This document shows positions 27,926 through 39,427 of a DNA stretch of 64,000 nucleotides, one piece after another. Every line of letters starts with the position of its first letter. The first letter of the stretch is position 1. This stretch comes from an uncultured Flavobacteriales bacterium (GTDB lineage: Bacteria > Bacteroidota > Bacteroidia > AKYH767-A > 2013-40CM-41-45). The notes under the pieces were generated by a model that saw only the letters and a list, made by a program, of their open reading frames with translations, made no database searches and was not told the origin of the DNA. The stretch is taken from the NCBI GenBank assembly GCA_964595205.1, contig CAZQOQ010000007.1, forward strand, positions 40,369-104,368. The letters are read 5' to 3'. The position numbers and the translations under genes were made by a program.

Positions 27926-30900
27926 ATGAAACGCCTCTTATTATTTTCCATTTGCATGATATTATCACGTATTGTTGCTGCGCAATCGGATTTTTTATGC
28001 CCGCAATCGAGTGTTCCGACATTTACCATTAACTCCTGTACCGGCCCGACACCATATACGATTCCTACATCATTCGTTTATGAGGATACTGCAAATGTAA
28101 CACGAGGCACTACCTGCGTGACAGCATCGAATGTTATCCGCGACGGCTGGATAAAGTTCACTGCAATTTCAACGACGACAGCAATTATAGGAACCGTAAA
28201 TGCCCAGGATCTGGCTCTCATTGCTTATTCCGGGACATGCGGATCAGCAACCATGAATGAAATTGGTTGTATTAATCAGTTCGGAAACGGCGGCACAGAA
28301 ATTCTTACTATTCCTACTGTAATCGGTACGGATTATTTCATCAGAATCGTAAAGAACGCAACCTCACCCGGAAATATGGCCGGAACGATATCCATCCTCA
28401 CACCTATTACGAATGATGATTGTTCAGGTGCCATCAGTCTTACGCCCTCAGCACCCGGCGGCTCATGCACTCAAACCTGCGGAAGAACTTATAATGCAAC
28501 CGGATCTTCTCCAGCGACGCCATGTGGAGGAGTTGCAAGCGCCGATGTTTGGTTCAAATTTACCGCAATTCAGATGTGGCATACCATCACTGTGCAGGGA
28601 TCGTCGTTGTTTAATGCAAGTGTTGAATTACTTTCAGGAAATTGCGGATCACTTTTGAGTTTGGGCTGTGCAAACATTACCGCCGATGGCGGCATTGAGA
28701 GTCTTACACACATCGGACTCATTGCAGGTAACACATATTTTATCCGCGTCTACGACTTCAATCCCATTGTACCTACCACATACGAATTTAATATATGTGT
28801 TACCTCGCCCATAATGCCGACCTGTCCGACCAATTTGGGCAACGGGGTTGTGAATGTTGCTTCCCTTCCATATAACGGAACGGGATTGACCACCACCGGC
28901 ATGGGCGATGATTTCACAGTAACAAATACACAGACCTGTGGAAGCAGTTCTTATCTGCAGGGTCTCGATAATGTTTACATCTTCACACCGAATGCTTCAG
29001 GGTCAATTTCTGTGACCCTTACCAGCGGTTCTGCAAATGTCGGAATCATGCTCTATGATAATTGCCCGTTTGCCGGTTCAGGAGCAAACTGCGTCGCATT
29101 TTCGCAAAGCTCCTCCGGTAACCAGTTCTTCTGTACTAACGTCGTTTCAGGAACGAAATATTACCTTATTGTTGACCGTGCCAATGCCGGCGGCACTGTA
29201 ACGAATTACAGTTTGACAATCACCGCACCTGCAACAGGCAATACAGGAAATACCTGTGCCTCCGCCGTTCCGATTTCTTCTTTGCCATATTCGATATCGA
29301 ACCAGACTACATTGTGCAAGGGTGATGATTACACGAATGCCAGCTCTGTTTCCTGCGGATCGCTTTATGAAAGCGGTGAGGACATGGTCTTTTCATATAC
29401 GTCTTCCGGGGCCCAATGTCTGCAGATTGCTTTGAGTAATACATCTGCGACGCAGGCCGGCTTCAGTGTTTACCAGGGTTGTCCAAGTTCATCAGGTTCT
29501 GCCTGTCTTGGAAATATCGGAGGTGGAAACGTGAGTACCAATATTACATTACCCGCCGCCGGAACATATTATATTATCGTTGACTCGTGGGCTCCGCCGT
29601 CGAATATTACCTTCAATCTCGACATCACGACCACTCCCGGGGCTTCACCGAACGATTATCCGTGCAGCGCTACCACGCTTCCACTGGGTTCTACTCTCAC
29701 AGGCGACAACAGGTGTTCAAACGGCCTGCTTGAACCGGCTGTGCCGTCGTGCTGGACAGCCGGAAATGTAAATACCGTCTGGTATAAAGTCACACCATCA
29801 GGAACAACTCTTAATATTTCAACGATACTCGGAACACTCACAAATACCCAGATCGCTTTATACAAAGGATCCTGTTCGAGCCTGACGCAGGTCACTCCGA
29901 CCGGAACTTCCTGCAATACTGATGTTACCAATTGTTCCGGTGTCGTAACGCTGAATTCTCAGATGATAGTGACCGGACTCTCATCCGGAACTCCGTATTA
30001 TATACGTGTGGACGGCGAACAGGATCTGACAGGAACTTTCCAGATCACGGCGATTGACGGTAATGCCGGCCCTTCGCTTATCCCTGGACAGGATTGCGGT
30101 TCACCGTTTACCGTGTGTCAGAATAATGTCGTGTCGACGAGTTATAACGGAAACGGTAATTATTGTGATTTTACTGCAGTCGCTACCGGTAATTGCATTA
30201 CGTCAGGCGAAATTAATTCAGTGTGGTATACAATACCGATAAGCAGTTCGGGTACATTGATGTTTGACATTATTCCCAACGACTGGCCGGGATCAGGAAC
30301 ATCGGGCAGTGATTATGACTTCGCAATTTGGGAAGTCGGACAAAGCGGCCTTGCGTGTTCGCAACTCACCAATACTGCACCGACAAGATGCAACAATGAT
30401 GTACTCGGTGTAACCGGACTCTTTACCGGCGGAAATGCACCTGCCGGATATCCCGGTTTCAATAATGCCTATGAAACGGGAATTGCAGTAACGGCAGGAC
30501 AGGTTTACAAACTCGTGATAAGCAACAACAGCGGCAGCTCTTCGGGATTCACTCTGAATTTTACTTCAAGTCCGGATCCGATCACCTACCCGTCGCCACC
30601 TGCAACGATGACGTGGACAGGAGCTGTAAATTCGAATTGGAGTCTTGGCACCAACTGGGGACAATGTACAATTCCAAGTTGTGCAATCAATGCCACCTGT
30701 GCGGCAGGTCCGAATCAGCCGGTGCTATCCAGCAACCAGACGGTAAAGGATTTGGTTATCAACGCCGGTGCAACACTCACCATTAATCCCGGAATCGTAT
30801 TATCGGTTTGCGGAAACTTTACCAATAACGGTAACCTGGTGACAGGAGCCGGTTCGATCGTCAGGTTTATCGGAAGCGGTGCACAGTTCATGGCAGGAAG

Positions 30901-32368
30901 TCTCACCGGTGCAAATGCATTTACGAATCTTACGATGGCAAAAACAGGCGGAACTCTTACGATGCAGGCAAACGTGGATATCAGGGAAAATGATTCATTG
31001 TTAACCGGACTATTAAATACAAATTCTAAATACATCAGGGTAAAGAAAAATTTCTATAATGCCAATGGAACGGTAACACATGTGAGCCCTGCAACAGGTT
31101 CAACCTATGAATTCAACGGCAATGCTCCGCAGGTATGGACAAACATCGGGGCAGAGATCAATCTCAATAATGTAATCATGAATCAGTCGCCCGCCACCTC
31201 GATGACTTTGACAGGCGGTACATTTAATAATCTTAATGTGAACGGTGTTCTTACACTTACAAGCGGTAAAATAATCACGAATGCTTTTGAAGTTGTTGTG
31301 AAAAATCCTGCGAATGCTGCAGTTACCGGTTACAGTGTAAACAGCTATGTGGAAGGTTATCTGAGAAGGTACTTAAATACGAATGCGACAGGGTTGTATG
31401 ATTTTCCTGTGGGACATGCAGCGAAAGGGTACCAGATGGCGAGTATAAATTTCACAATTGCCACACAGATCCCGCAACTCCTTGCCTATTTTACACCGTG
31501 GGGCGCATTGCCAGTCGGGCCGGTATCCAATGAATGTACGTTTGTAAATTATTCACTATCGCCGGCGCTTGATAATGGTTTCTGGACGATAGAAGCCAGC
31601 GCGAATCCCAATACCGGTACATATAATATGACGCTTAACAACCGGAACTATACGAATGCATTGAACGGCTGGACCATCATGAAGCGGTCTCCTGCCGGCA
31701 GCGGACCATGGGCCTTGAGCGGAACCTGCGTTGTTACGAGTCTGGCCACAGCCACCAAACGAAACGGCATGACCGGTTTTTCTGATTTCGCCACTGCGCA
31801 GTCGGCCGTTCCACTTCCAATCGAACTCTTGAAATTCGAGGCAGTCGCAAAACATGGAAATGTTCTCACCACCTGGGAAACGGCAAGCGAAACCAATAAC
31901 GATTATTTTGTTGTCGAGAGAAGCAATGACCTCGAGAAGTTTACTAACGTAGGCACAGTGGATGGCGCAGGAACCAGTACAGAACACCATTCCTATGAAT
32001 TGACAGACAGTGATCCCGGTGCCGGAATTTTTTATTACCGCTTGAAACAATTCGACTTTGACGGAGGATACAGCTACTCAGAAATTGTCGCTGTGAAGAT
32101 TACCGAGGTTATGAATGAAATCAACATTTATCCTAACCCTGCAAACTCAACAATCTATTTTGATTTTGAATCGCCGTTCGAATCACCGGTAAAACTTCAG
32201 CTCGTAGATATATTCGGTAAAGTTCTGAAAGAAGAAATAAGACTGGCTTCAAAGGGAATTGTGAACTATTCCATGGAAATCAAATCCATTCCGGAAGGAG
32301 TCTATACACTTCAGGTTGTAGAAACCGACGACGTTTACAAGGGTAAATTTATTAAGATCAGGGATTGA
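27926..32368 (+). CDS. Large T9SS type A CTD surface protein (1480 aa)
   Basis: Signal peptide; repeated NDxCxxA/VWFKF Cys-containing beta modules; beta-helix-like region; PLPIELLKF...YYRLKQFDFDG module; IYPNP...GVYTLQV...KFIKIRD CTD. Confidence 0.85.
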   Translation: MKRLLLFSICMILSRIVAAQSDFLCPQSSVPTFTINSCTGPTPYTIPTSFVYEDTANVTRGTTCVTASNVIRDGWIKFTAISTTTAIIGTVNAQDLALIAYSGTCGSATMNEIGCINQFGNGGTEILTIPTVIGTDYFIRIVKNATSPGNMAGTISILTPITNDDCSGAISLTPSAPGGSCTQTCGRTYNATGSSPATPCGGVASADVWFKFTAIQMWHTITVQGSSLFNASVELLSGNCGSLLSLGCANITADGGIESLTHIGLIAGNTYFIRVYDFNPIVPTTYEFNICVTSPIMPTCPTNLGNGVVNVASLPYNGTGLTTTGMGDDFTVTNTQTCGSSSYLQGLDNVYIFTPNASGSISVTLTSGSANVGIMLYDNCPFAGSGANCVAFSQSSSGNQFFCTNVVSGTKYYLIVDRANAGGTVTNYSLTITAPATGNTGNTCASAVPISSLPYSISNQTTLCKGDDYTNASSVSCGSLYESGEDMVFSYTSSGAQCLQIALSNTSATQAGFSVYQGCPSSSGSACLGNIGGGNVSTNITLPAAGTYYIIVDSWAPPSNITFNLDITTTPGASPNDYPCSATTLPLGSTLTGDNRCSNGLLEPAVPSCWTAGNVNTVWYKVTPSGTTLNISTILGTLTNTQIALYKGSCSSLTQVTPTGTSCNTDVTNCSGVVTLNSQMIVTGLSSGTPYYIRVDGEQDLTGTFQITAIDGNAGPSLIPGQDCGSPFTVCQNNVVSTSYNGNGNYCDFTAVATGNCITSGEINSVWYTIPISSSGTLMFDIIPNDWPGSGTSGSDYDFAIWEVGQSGLACSQLTNTAPTRCNNDVLGVTGLFTGGNAPAGYPGFNNAYETGIAVTAGQVYKLVISNNSGSSSGFTLNFTSSPDPITYPSPPATMTWTGAVNSNWSLGTNWGQCTIPSCAINATCAAGPNQPVLSSNQTVKDLVINAGATLTINPGIVLSVCGNFTNNGNLVTGAGSIVRFIGSGAQFMAGSLTGANAFTNLTMAKTGGTLTMQANVDIRENDSLLTGLLNTNSKYIRVKKNFYNANGTVTHVSPATGSTYEFNGNAPQVWTNIGAEINLNNVIMNQSPATSMTLTGGTFNNLNVNGVLTLTSGKIITNAFEVVVKNPANAAVTGYSVNSYVEGYLRRYLNTNATGLYDFPVGHAAKGYQMASINFTIATQIPQLLAYFTPWGALPVGPVSNECTFVNYSLSPALDNGFWTIEASANPNTGTYNMTLNNRNYTNALNGWTIMKRSPAGSGPWALSGTCVVTSLATATKRNGMTGFSDFATAQSAVPLPIELLKFEAVAKHGNVLTTWETASETNNDYFVVERSNDLEKFTNVGTVDGAGTSTEHHSYELTDSDPGAGIFYYRLKQFDFDGGYSYSEIVAVKITEVMNEINIYPNPANSTIYFDFESPFESPVKLQLVDIFGKVLKEEIRLASKGIVNYSMEIKSIPEGVYTLQVVETDDVYKGKFIKIRD

Positions 32369-32398
32369 TATCGATTGGGAAAATTCCCGATTTTGTGT

Positions 32399-35300
32399 TT
32401 ATCGCACCAGGCTGACTCTCCCTGTGTAATTATGCATTTTTCCCTGGAAGTCGGCGACGTTAATTTTATAAACATACACATCAGCAGGACAAGGCGTGTC
32501 GTTTCCCTGTGCCTTGCCGTCCCATCCTTTTTTAATATCAGTCGACAGGAAAATCTGCAGTCCCCAGCGGTCGAAGATTAGCATTTCATAATCCCGAACA
32601 CCAATACCCAGGGCACTGAAGGAATCATTTACGCCATCACCATTTGGAGTGAATGCATTGGGAATATAGACGGCAAATTCTTCACGGATAATGACTACGC
32701 TGTAAGCTGTATCCACGCAACCCTTGTCGCTCATCGAAATTAATCGCACGACAAAGGTTCCTGTGTCTTTGTAAGTGTGTTCAGGATTTTTGATGTTCGC
32801 AATCCCGGAGCTGTCGCCAAAATCCCATTGCCAGGATGTCGCATTCGAACTGGCATCGTAAAAGGTAATAACCGGTGAATATACGGAGCCTCCTCCATCT
32901 GGAGTTTTTGTAAATCCTGCAACAGGCTGTGGATATGCCGTCACTGCCGAAGGCACAACGCTCTTGCCACTGCAACCATGTTCATTCTTCACGAGATGAT
33001 TGACGGTGAAGTTGCCTGCATCGATGTAAGTGTGAGAAGGATCTTTTATGGTGTCGGAATTTCCATCACCGAAATCCCAGAAATATTCAGTCATGCCCGG
33101 ACTTGATTTGTCGGAGAAATTTACCGTAAGCGGAACACAGCCGGTCAACAGATCCGGGATGAAGCTAACTGCAGGCGCGGGCCGAACATAAACCGTTACC
33201 GTTGCCGGGACAGGAGGAGAACCGCAACCATCGGTTACGATCACATTGTAAGTTGAAGTCGAATTCGGTGCGACGGTTATCGTTTCAGTATTCGGGCCTA
33301 CATCCCAGGAATAATTATACGGCCCTCCGTCTCCTCCCGAGCCCTGGGCCATGAGTGTTGCAAAATCACCCTCACAGATTGTATCGGGCCCTGCTGCAAC
33401 AGCAAGTAGCGGAGGATGCACCGTAACCACACCTGTTGCAGAACCGGAGATACAACCATGTGCATCCTGGACGATCACAAAATAAGTTGTTGTTGTTGCC
33501 GGTGAAACCGTAAGTACAGTATCGTGGGTGTTATTGTTCCAGGTATAGGAATATACAGGAGTTCCGCCTGTACATGAGGCTGTAAGCGTCGCACTCTGCC
33601 CAATGCATATTGGGGGTATCGACTGAACAGCCAGGTTTAGAGGCGTTGGTTGATCGATAGAGACGGTGTCCATCAGGATACATCCATGTGCATCGGATAA
33701 TACAACCGTATACATTCCGGCCTGTACGTTGGCAATCGTTGAATCCGTGTCGCCATTACTCCAGAAATATGTCAATGGCGGAGTACCGCCGGTGCCAGTG
33801 ACACGTGCAGTTCCGTCGAACGATCCATTACACATTGCATCGGTCGACCACTTCGAAAGTTTGAGTGCAGCCGGCCTTCCGATGTTTACATTTATCTTCG
33901 ACCTGCAATGATTTTGATCTTCAACTAAAACATCGTAGAGGCCATAAGCAAGATTCGTTGCAGTAGTTCCTGTGCCACCGTATGGCCACCAAAGATAAGT
34001 GTATGGACCAATGCCACCTGTAACAGCAACAGTAGCCTGACCATCGCTGCTCTCCCTGCAGCTTATATCTGTTGCAGTAATGGAGAGTGACACAGGCGGA
34101 GGTTCCGAAATTGAAAGCGAGGTGTCTTTTCTGCAACCGTGTGCATCTGTAACGGTTACTGTATAATTTCCTGCTGCAAAATTTGATGCCGATGAATAAG
34201 TTGTACCGTTAGACCAGAGAAAAGAATATCCGGGTGTTCCTCCTGTTGGAAGAACGGCTCCGAATCCATCATTACGGCCATGACATAAAACGGATGAAGA
34301 TTCAAGTGTTACCTCTACAGGAGTCGGTTCATCGATGATTGCATCGAATGTACTCGTGCAGCCATTCGCATCCGTAACGACAAGTGAATAGATTCCTTGA
34401 GAAAGTCCTGAGGCATTTGCGGTGGTATTTCCGTTTGACCAGTGATATGTATATGGCGCTATTCCTCCGCTGATGTGCGACAATGCCGAGCCATCAGTTC
34501 CGCCATGACACAACGGAGGACTTGGGTTGAATGCGGAATGTAATTTCGGCGGCTGGCTGATCGACAGGGGAATGGATGTAAAGCAATTATTGGAATCGCG
34601 AACTGTAACGGTATAATTTCCTGCTTTGAGATTATTCGCAATGGTGGAAGAACCTCCGGACGGGCTCCAGTTAATGAAAAATGGAGCGACGCCGCTATTG
34701 ATGGCAATCTCTGCTCTTCCCTGGTTGCCATCGTAACAGGTCGCGGGAGATGTCGATACCAGAGCGACTGTCGGCCCTGTTGTATTGCTTACTGCAGCCG
34801 AAGAAGTCGAAATGCAATTGTGGGCATCAGTAACGGTAATGGAATATGCGCCTGCTGATATTCCTGTTATGGTAGCAGATTGCATTCCGCCGGGACTCCA
34901 TTGATAGGTATATGGTGAAGTTCCTCCGGTAACATTTGCACCAACACTTCCATTGGAGAGATTGCATCCGGCTTTCGTCGAATTTGTTGTAATTGAAATA
35001 GGCGTTGGTTCGTTTATCGAAAAAGAACTCGTCGCCGTGCAATTGTTCACATCGGTAATTTCAACAGTATAGTTTCCTCCATCCAATGAGCCAATCGCAG
35101 GAGTGTTCATTCCGCCTGGCAGCCATTTATATGTATAGCCGCCGGTGCCGCCCGTTACATTCACCGATGCGGTTCCATTTCCCTGTCCGGCACATGTTAC
35201 ATGCGACGAATTCACTGAAATTAAGATTGGCGGCGGTTCGTTTACTACCACGGGAATATTCATCGAACAATTGTTGCCATCTTTTACAGTTACCGTGTAA

Positions 35301-38300
35301 TTTCCTGCTGCGAGATTGGTTGCAACCGGTGTATTTCCTCCGGATGGTTGCCAGGTATAAGTGTATGGCGCTTTGCCGTTCGACACATGTATTATTGCAG
35401 AACCATCCTGCCCTCCACTGCAACGTACGTTTGTGATGGAAGAAACATTCGCATTGAACATTCCGGAATTCTGTATATCGACTGTGTCAATAACATGACA
35501 ACCGTTTGCATCGGTAGTAGTTAGCGTATATTGTCCGGCAAATAAACCGCTGACCGCCGAAGTTGTGTCACCGGTTTGATTCCACAAATATGAGTAAGGT
35601 GCTGTACCTCCTGTGATATTTACAGATGCAGAACCGTTAGGTAAATTGCAGCTGCCGAAATTCGAGGTGATTTGAGTCACCATTCCCGAAGGTTGATTTA
35701 AAATGAGACCCGCAGCTGCGGTACAGCCTGCCGAATCAGTAACCACCACAGGATAATTGCCGGCCGGTAAATTGGAGACCACTGAGGTCGTGGCACCTAT
35801 GGTATTCCAGTTGTATGAGTATGGCTGAGTCCCTCCCGCTGCATTTACGATTGCTGATCCGTCACTGGAGCCAAAACAGGAAACAGGGGTAAGCACAGCG
35901 ACACTTGCCGTGAGTACCGGAGGTTGTGGAACTATAATTTCCGTATCGGCCGGACATGCATTTGCATCCGTTACCGTAACAGGGTAGTTGCCCGCCATGA
36001 GGCCAAGTGCAATATCGTATGCTATCAATCCGTTTCCCCATGAATAATTATAGGGTTCTTTTCCGCCGGAAACGGATAAAGCTATTATTCCATCACTCTG
36101 TCCGAAACATGACACTGCAGTTGTTTGATAATCGATGTTCAGGGTTGGCGGCTCGGGTATGTCAACTGTAATCATGGATGTACAATTGTGTTTTCCTTTT
36201 ACGGTAAGAGTGTATGTTCCGGAAAACAATCCCGTTACGCTTGGAGAGGCGCCTATGTTTGGAGACCATTGATAAGTGAATGGACCCGTTCCGCCAGTGA
36301 GTGCAATTGAAACCGCTCCGTTATTTCCTCCGGCGCATAAGACAGGCGTGATTGAATCGACCGCTAAGGAAGGCGCGCCCTGGTTTATAACAGTCGCCGT
36401 GGCTGAAGAAGTACAGCCGCCGCCATCGGTTACAGTAACGATATATGTCCCCGCCGCAATATTTCCCAGACTATTAGTAGAAGAATTTCCAGGAGTCCAG
36501 TTATATGTGTAAGCCGGATTGCCACCCGACACAGCTACACTTATACTGCCGTTTGCTCCTCCGCATTTTGATACATTCGAGGTTGTGGTTAATGTCATTC
36601 CCGGTGGCTGATTTATCGTTAACGTATCAGAAAAGACACAACCATTCGAGTCGGTTACTTTTAAATAATAGTTTCCTGCAGTCAAACCCGTAACAGCAGA
36701 GGTGGAATAATTTCCGGGTGTCCATAAATATTGTAGCGCACCGGTCCCCCCTGATGCAGCGGCAGAAACCGTCCCGTCTGATCCGTTGAAACACGTTGCA
36801 TCAGAAGTAGAAGTGGTAGCCGCCAACACCGAAGGTTCGCTGACCGTGGCTGAAACTGAAGCTGTACAATTATTCGCATCTGTTGCTACAACCGAATAAT
36901 TTCCCGGCGACAGGTTACTTGCAAGGGTAGCTGCTCCGCCTGGCGTTGACCACTGATAGGAAAATGGAGATGTCCCCCCGGCAGGTGAAACGGTTATCGA
37001 ACCGTTTGTGGCATTGAAGCAAGAGACATTATTCACCGATGCCACACTCAATGAAAGCATGGCAGGTTGAGTGATGGTGATCGATGATGAAGCGGTGCAA
37101 CCATTGGCATCGGTTATATTTACCGAATAATTTCCTGCGGTAAGTCCCGAAACGGAAGGTGTGTTTTCGCCCGAAGGCACCCAGGCATATGAAAATGGAG
37201 GTGTGCCTCCCGCTATGGTGGCAACGGCAAAACCCGAGCTGTCGCCATGGCAGAGAGCATTTCCATAATTGCTGATCGAACTGTTTAGTATTCCCGGCTG
37301 AGTTATATTTACCGGAATATTTATCACACAGTTTTGCGCATCAGTTACCTTCACTGAATAATTTCCAGCGGGCAATCCCGTTGCCGCCATAGCGGTGCCC
37401 CCGGATGGAAACCAGGCATAACTGTATGGTGCAATGCCTCCCGTGACATTTATTTGTCCGGCACCATTACTCGCACCATTACAACTCACACCCGTTACAG
37501 AAGTTACGCTGCCGTTTAATGCTGCCGGCTGAGACACTGTTACGCCGGCACTTGCCGTGCAGTTCGCAGCATCTTTGACCACTACCGTATAATTTCCGGC
37601 TCCAAGTCCGCTGATTGCCGAAGTAGTGGCGCCATTTGACCAGCTATAGGTATATGGCGCAACTCCACCTGACGGAGTCACTGATGCAAATCCATTCATA
37701 TTGCCATTGCATTGAACAGAAGATCCGCTGGCGGTTACGGATAGTATGGATGGTTGTGTAATAGTAACTGTGAGGGACTTCGAACAACTGAGTACGTCAC
37801 TCACAACAACTGTATAGGTGCCTGCAGTCAAACCGCTGGCTGTGGCGGTTGTGCCGCCTGAAGGCGACCATGAATACGTGTATGGAGTCCAGCCGCCAAA
37901 AGCATTGATTGCTATCGAACCATTACTCGCACCATTGCACGTGGGACTTGTAGAAGATGCAAGGCTTGCATTTATAAATGAAGATTGAATTACATTCACC
38001 GTATCGGTGGCAGTACATCCATTTGCATCGGTGACAGTAACAGAATACGCACCCGCGAAAAGGCTATTGATGGATTGTGTGGTTGCGCCCGTTGGCGACC
38101 ACAAATATTGAAATGGTGATGTGCCGGAAACTGTGGCTGTCGCCGTTCCGTTGCCGGGCGATGCGCAATTGGTATTCGTTGAAGTCAATGAAACCGAAAT
38201 CGGCTGTACATAGACGTTATAGGTGAAAGTCTGGTAGCCGTTCATCGGGCAGTTATCATCCTGAACATTCACAAAAAAAGTGTATGGTTGATTGCGTGCA

Positions 38301-39427
38301 TTGGCGGCAGTGGGTGTCCAGGTAAATGTTCCGACGGGTCGCTGTCCTGCAGTAGTTGTAAAAGTGGCGCCCGGAATGGAATAATTCCAGTCCATGAACA
38401 CAGACTGGGAAGCGTCAGCATCAGAAGAATTAATCGTGAATGAAAGCGTCTGACCCGGACAAGCGACGATATTAAAATTATTGGTTCCGTTTATTCCCGA
38501 AGCCACAGGAAGATAGTTCAAACATGGGTTGGTCCAGATTTCCATGTCGCGCACCACTGTGCCGATTAGATTTCCATTTCTGTATTCTTCAACCAGAATG
38601 GCCATGACCCCGACTTCGAGCGCCATAGGCTTCATCACGATGTCGCCGTTTGCAGAAAGTGAAAGTGGGGGTGAAGAGGTGATTGGATTTGACGCCGAGT
38701 ATCCCGGACTGAAAACAACATTTGTTTCTGAAGCAGACCTGGGATCGATGAAAGAGTAGACGAGCGAGTCTCCGTCAGCATCATAAACACCATGGTTGTA
38801 ATGAAACTCCTGCCCGATGCAGAAAAATGAAACGGGGACATTCGTAAAGACAGGAGATGAATTGTCCGGTGCTATCAGGTTGTTCAGCGTAGCCTCGATA
38901 TAAGTTGCCGGCACACCGGAGCAGTTGTTCGGCGAATAAGTTAATGTAGTGATCGCACAGTTACGACAACAGATGCTGTAACCGAAAACCCAGTCGGAAC
39001 ATTGCGCAGGTAGCGTTACACTTGCCGTGTATTCGTATTTCTGAATTCCGGCAGTAATTCCCCCGTTGCAGTTTGTCGGAGATGATGTACACGGTTTAGT
39101 AATTTCCTGGCCCGTACCCGGAATTTTATTAAGAGTGACATTCAGGTTGTAGCCGCAATTGGTGGACTTATAATTCACTAAAACCGAATTGGGTGCTGCA
39201 ATTCCGGAGCAATCTCGGTATAAAGTCAGGTAAACCTCGAACGTACTTCCGGTGATCCATTTATAACTAAGATCGGCGCCGCTAATGTGAGTTGCGTATG
39301 CTCCCGGCGAAATAAGTACGATGTAGAATCCTGCAAGAAAAAATATCCTCAGAGTATTAAACAGCCAGGCGGGCCGTTTAATGTAAAAGCGTAAATGCAG
39401 TAAAGAAGGAATAATTCCTCTTTTCAT
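32399..39427 (-). CDS. Giant SprB-repeat/PKD adhesin with gliding-motility (T9SS type B, CHU_C) CTD (2342 aa)
   Basis: ATHISGADLSY N-terminus, many GGxxPYxYxW...L.AG.Y.V.VTD.NGC repeats, two PKD domains (YFWDFGDG, WQWDFGD), and YIPNAFTPNGDGVND...IFDRWG...DVYVYKI...GRVSLVR. Confidence 0.92.
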   Translation of the reverse strand: MKRGIIPSLLHLRFYIKRPAWLFNTLRIFFLAGFYIVLISPGAYATHISGADLSYKWITGSTFEVYLTLYRDCSGIAAPNSVLVNYKSTNCGYNLNVTLNKIPGTGQEITKPCTSSPTNCNGGITAGIQKYEYTASVTLPAQCSDWVFGYSICCRNCAITTLTYSPNNCSGVPATYIEATLNNLIAPDNSSPVFTNVPVSFFCIGQEFHYNHGVYDADGDSLVYSFIDPRSASETNVVFSPGYSASNPITSSPPLSLSANGDIVMKPMALEVGVMAILVEEYRNGNLIGTVVRDMEIWTNPCLNYLPVASGINGTNNFNIVACPGQTLSFTINSSDADASQSVFMDWNYSIPGATFTTTAGQRPVGTFTWTPTAANARNQPYTFFVNVQDDNCPMNGYQTFTYNVYVQPISVSLTSTNTNCASPGNGTATATVSGTSPFQYLWSPTGATTQSINSLFAGAYSVTVTDANGCTATDTVNVIQSSFINASLASSTSPTCNGASNGSIAINAFGGWTPYTYSWSPSGGTTATASGLTAGTYTVVVSDVLSCSKSLTVTITQPSILSVTASGSSVQCNGNMNGFASVTPSGGVAPYTYSWSNGATTSAISGLGAGNYTVVVKDAANCTASAGVTVSQPAALNGSVTSVTGVSCNGASNGAGQINVTGGIAPYSYAWFPSGGTAMAATGLPAGNYSVKVTDAQNCVINIPVNITQPGILNSSISNYGNALCHGDSSGFAVATIAGGTPPFSYAWVPSGENTPSVSGLTAGNYSVNITDANGCTASSSITITQPAMLSLSVASVNNVSCFNATNGSITVSPAGGTSPFSYQWSTPGGAATLASNLSPGNYSVVATDANNCTASVSATVSEPSVLAATTSTSDATCFNGSDGTVSAAASGGTGALQYLWTPGNYSTSAVTGLTAGNYYLKVTDSNGCVFSDTLTINQPPGMTLTTTSNVSKCGGANGSISVAVSGGNPAYTYNWTPGNSSTNSLGNIAAGTYIVTVTDGGGCTSSATATVINQGAPSLAVDSITPVLCAGGNNGAVSIALTGGTGPFTYQWSPNIGASPSVTGLFSGTYTLTVKGKHNCTSMITVDIPEPPTLNIDYQTTAVSCFGQSDGIIALSVSGGKEPYNYSWGNGLIAYDIALGLMAGNYPVTVTDANACPADTEIIVPQPPVLTASVAVLTPVSCFGSSDGSAIVNAAGGTQPYSYNWNTIGATTSVVSNLPAGNYPVVVTDSAGCTAAAGLILNQPSGMVTQITSNFGSCNLPNGSASVNITGGTAPYSYLWNQTGDTTSAVSGLFAGQYTLTTTDANGCHVIDTVDIQNSGMFNANVSSITNVRCSGGQDGSAIIHVSNGKAPYTYTWQPSGGNTPVATNLAAGNYTVTVKDGNNCSMNIPVVVNEPPPILISVNSSHVTCAGQGNGTASVNVTGGTGGYTYKWLPGGMNTPAIGSLDGGNYTVEITDVNNCTATSSFSINEPTPISITTNSTKAGCNLSNGSVGANVTGGTSPYTYQWSPGGMQSATITGISAGAYSITVTDAHNCISTSSAAVSNTTGPTVALVSTSPATCYDGNQGRAEIAINSGVAPFFINWSPSGGSSTIANNLKAGNYTVTVRDSNNCFTSIPLSISQPPKLHSAFNPSPPLCHGGTDGSALSHISGGIAPYTYHWSNGNTTANASGLSQGIYSLVVTDANGCTSTFDAIIDEPTPVEVTLESSSVLCHGRNDGFGAVLPTGGTPGYSFLWSNGTTYSSASNFAAGNYTVTVTDAHGCRKDTSLSISEPPPVSLSITATDISCRESSDGQATVAVTGGIGPYTYLWWPYGGTGTTATNLAYGLYDVLVEDQNHCRSKINVNIGRPAALKLSKWSTDAMCNGSFDGTARVTGTGGTPPLTYFWSNGDTDSTIANVQAGMYTVVLSDAHGCILMDTVSIDQPTPLNLAVQSIPPICIGQSATLTASCTGGTPVYSYTWNNNTHDTVLTVSPATTTTYFVIVQDAHGCISGSATGVVTVHPPLLAVAAGPDTICEGDFATLMAQGSGGDGGPYNYSWDVGPNTETITVAPNSTSTYNVIVTDGCGSPPVPATVTVYVRPAPAVSFIPDLLTGCVPLTVNFSDKSSPGMTEYFWDFGDGNSDTIKDPSHTYIDAGNFTVNHLVKNEHGCSGKSVVPSAVTAYPQPVAGFTKTPDGGGSVYSPVITFYDASSNATSWQWDFGDSSGIANIKNPEHTYKDTGTFVVRLISMSDKGCVDTAYSVVIIREEFAVYIPNAFTPNGDGVNDSFSALGIGVRDYEMLIFDRWGLQIFLSTDIKKGWDGKAQGNDTPCPADVYVYKINVADFQGKMHNYTGRVSLVR

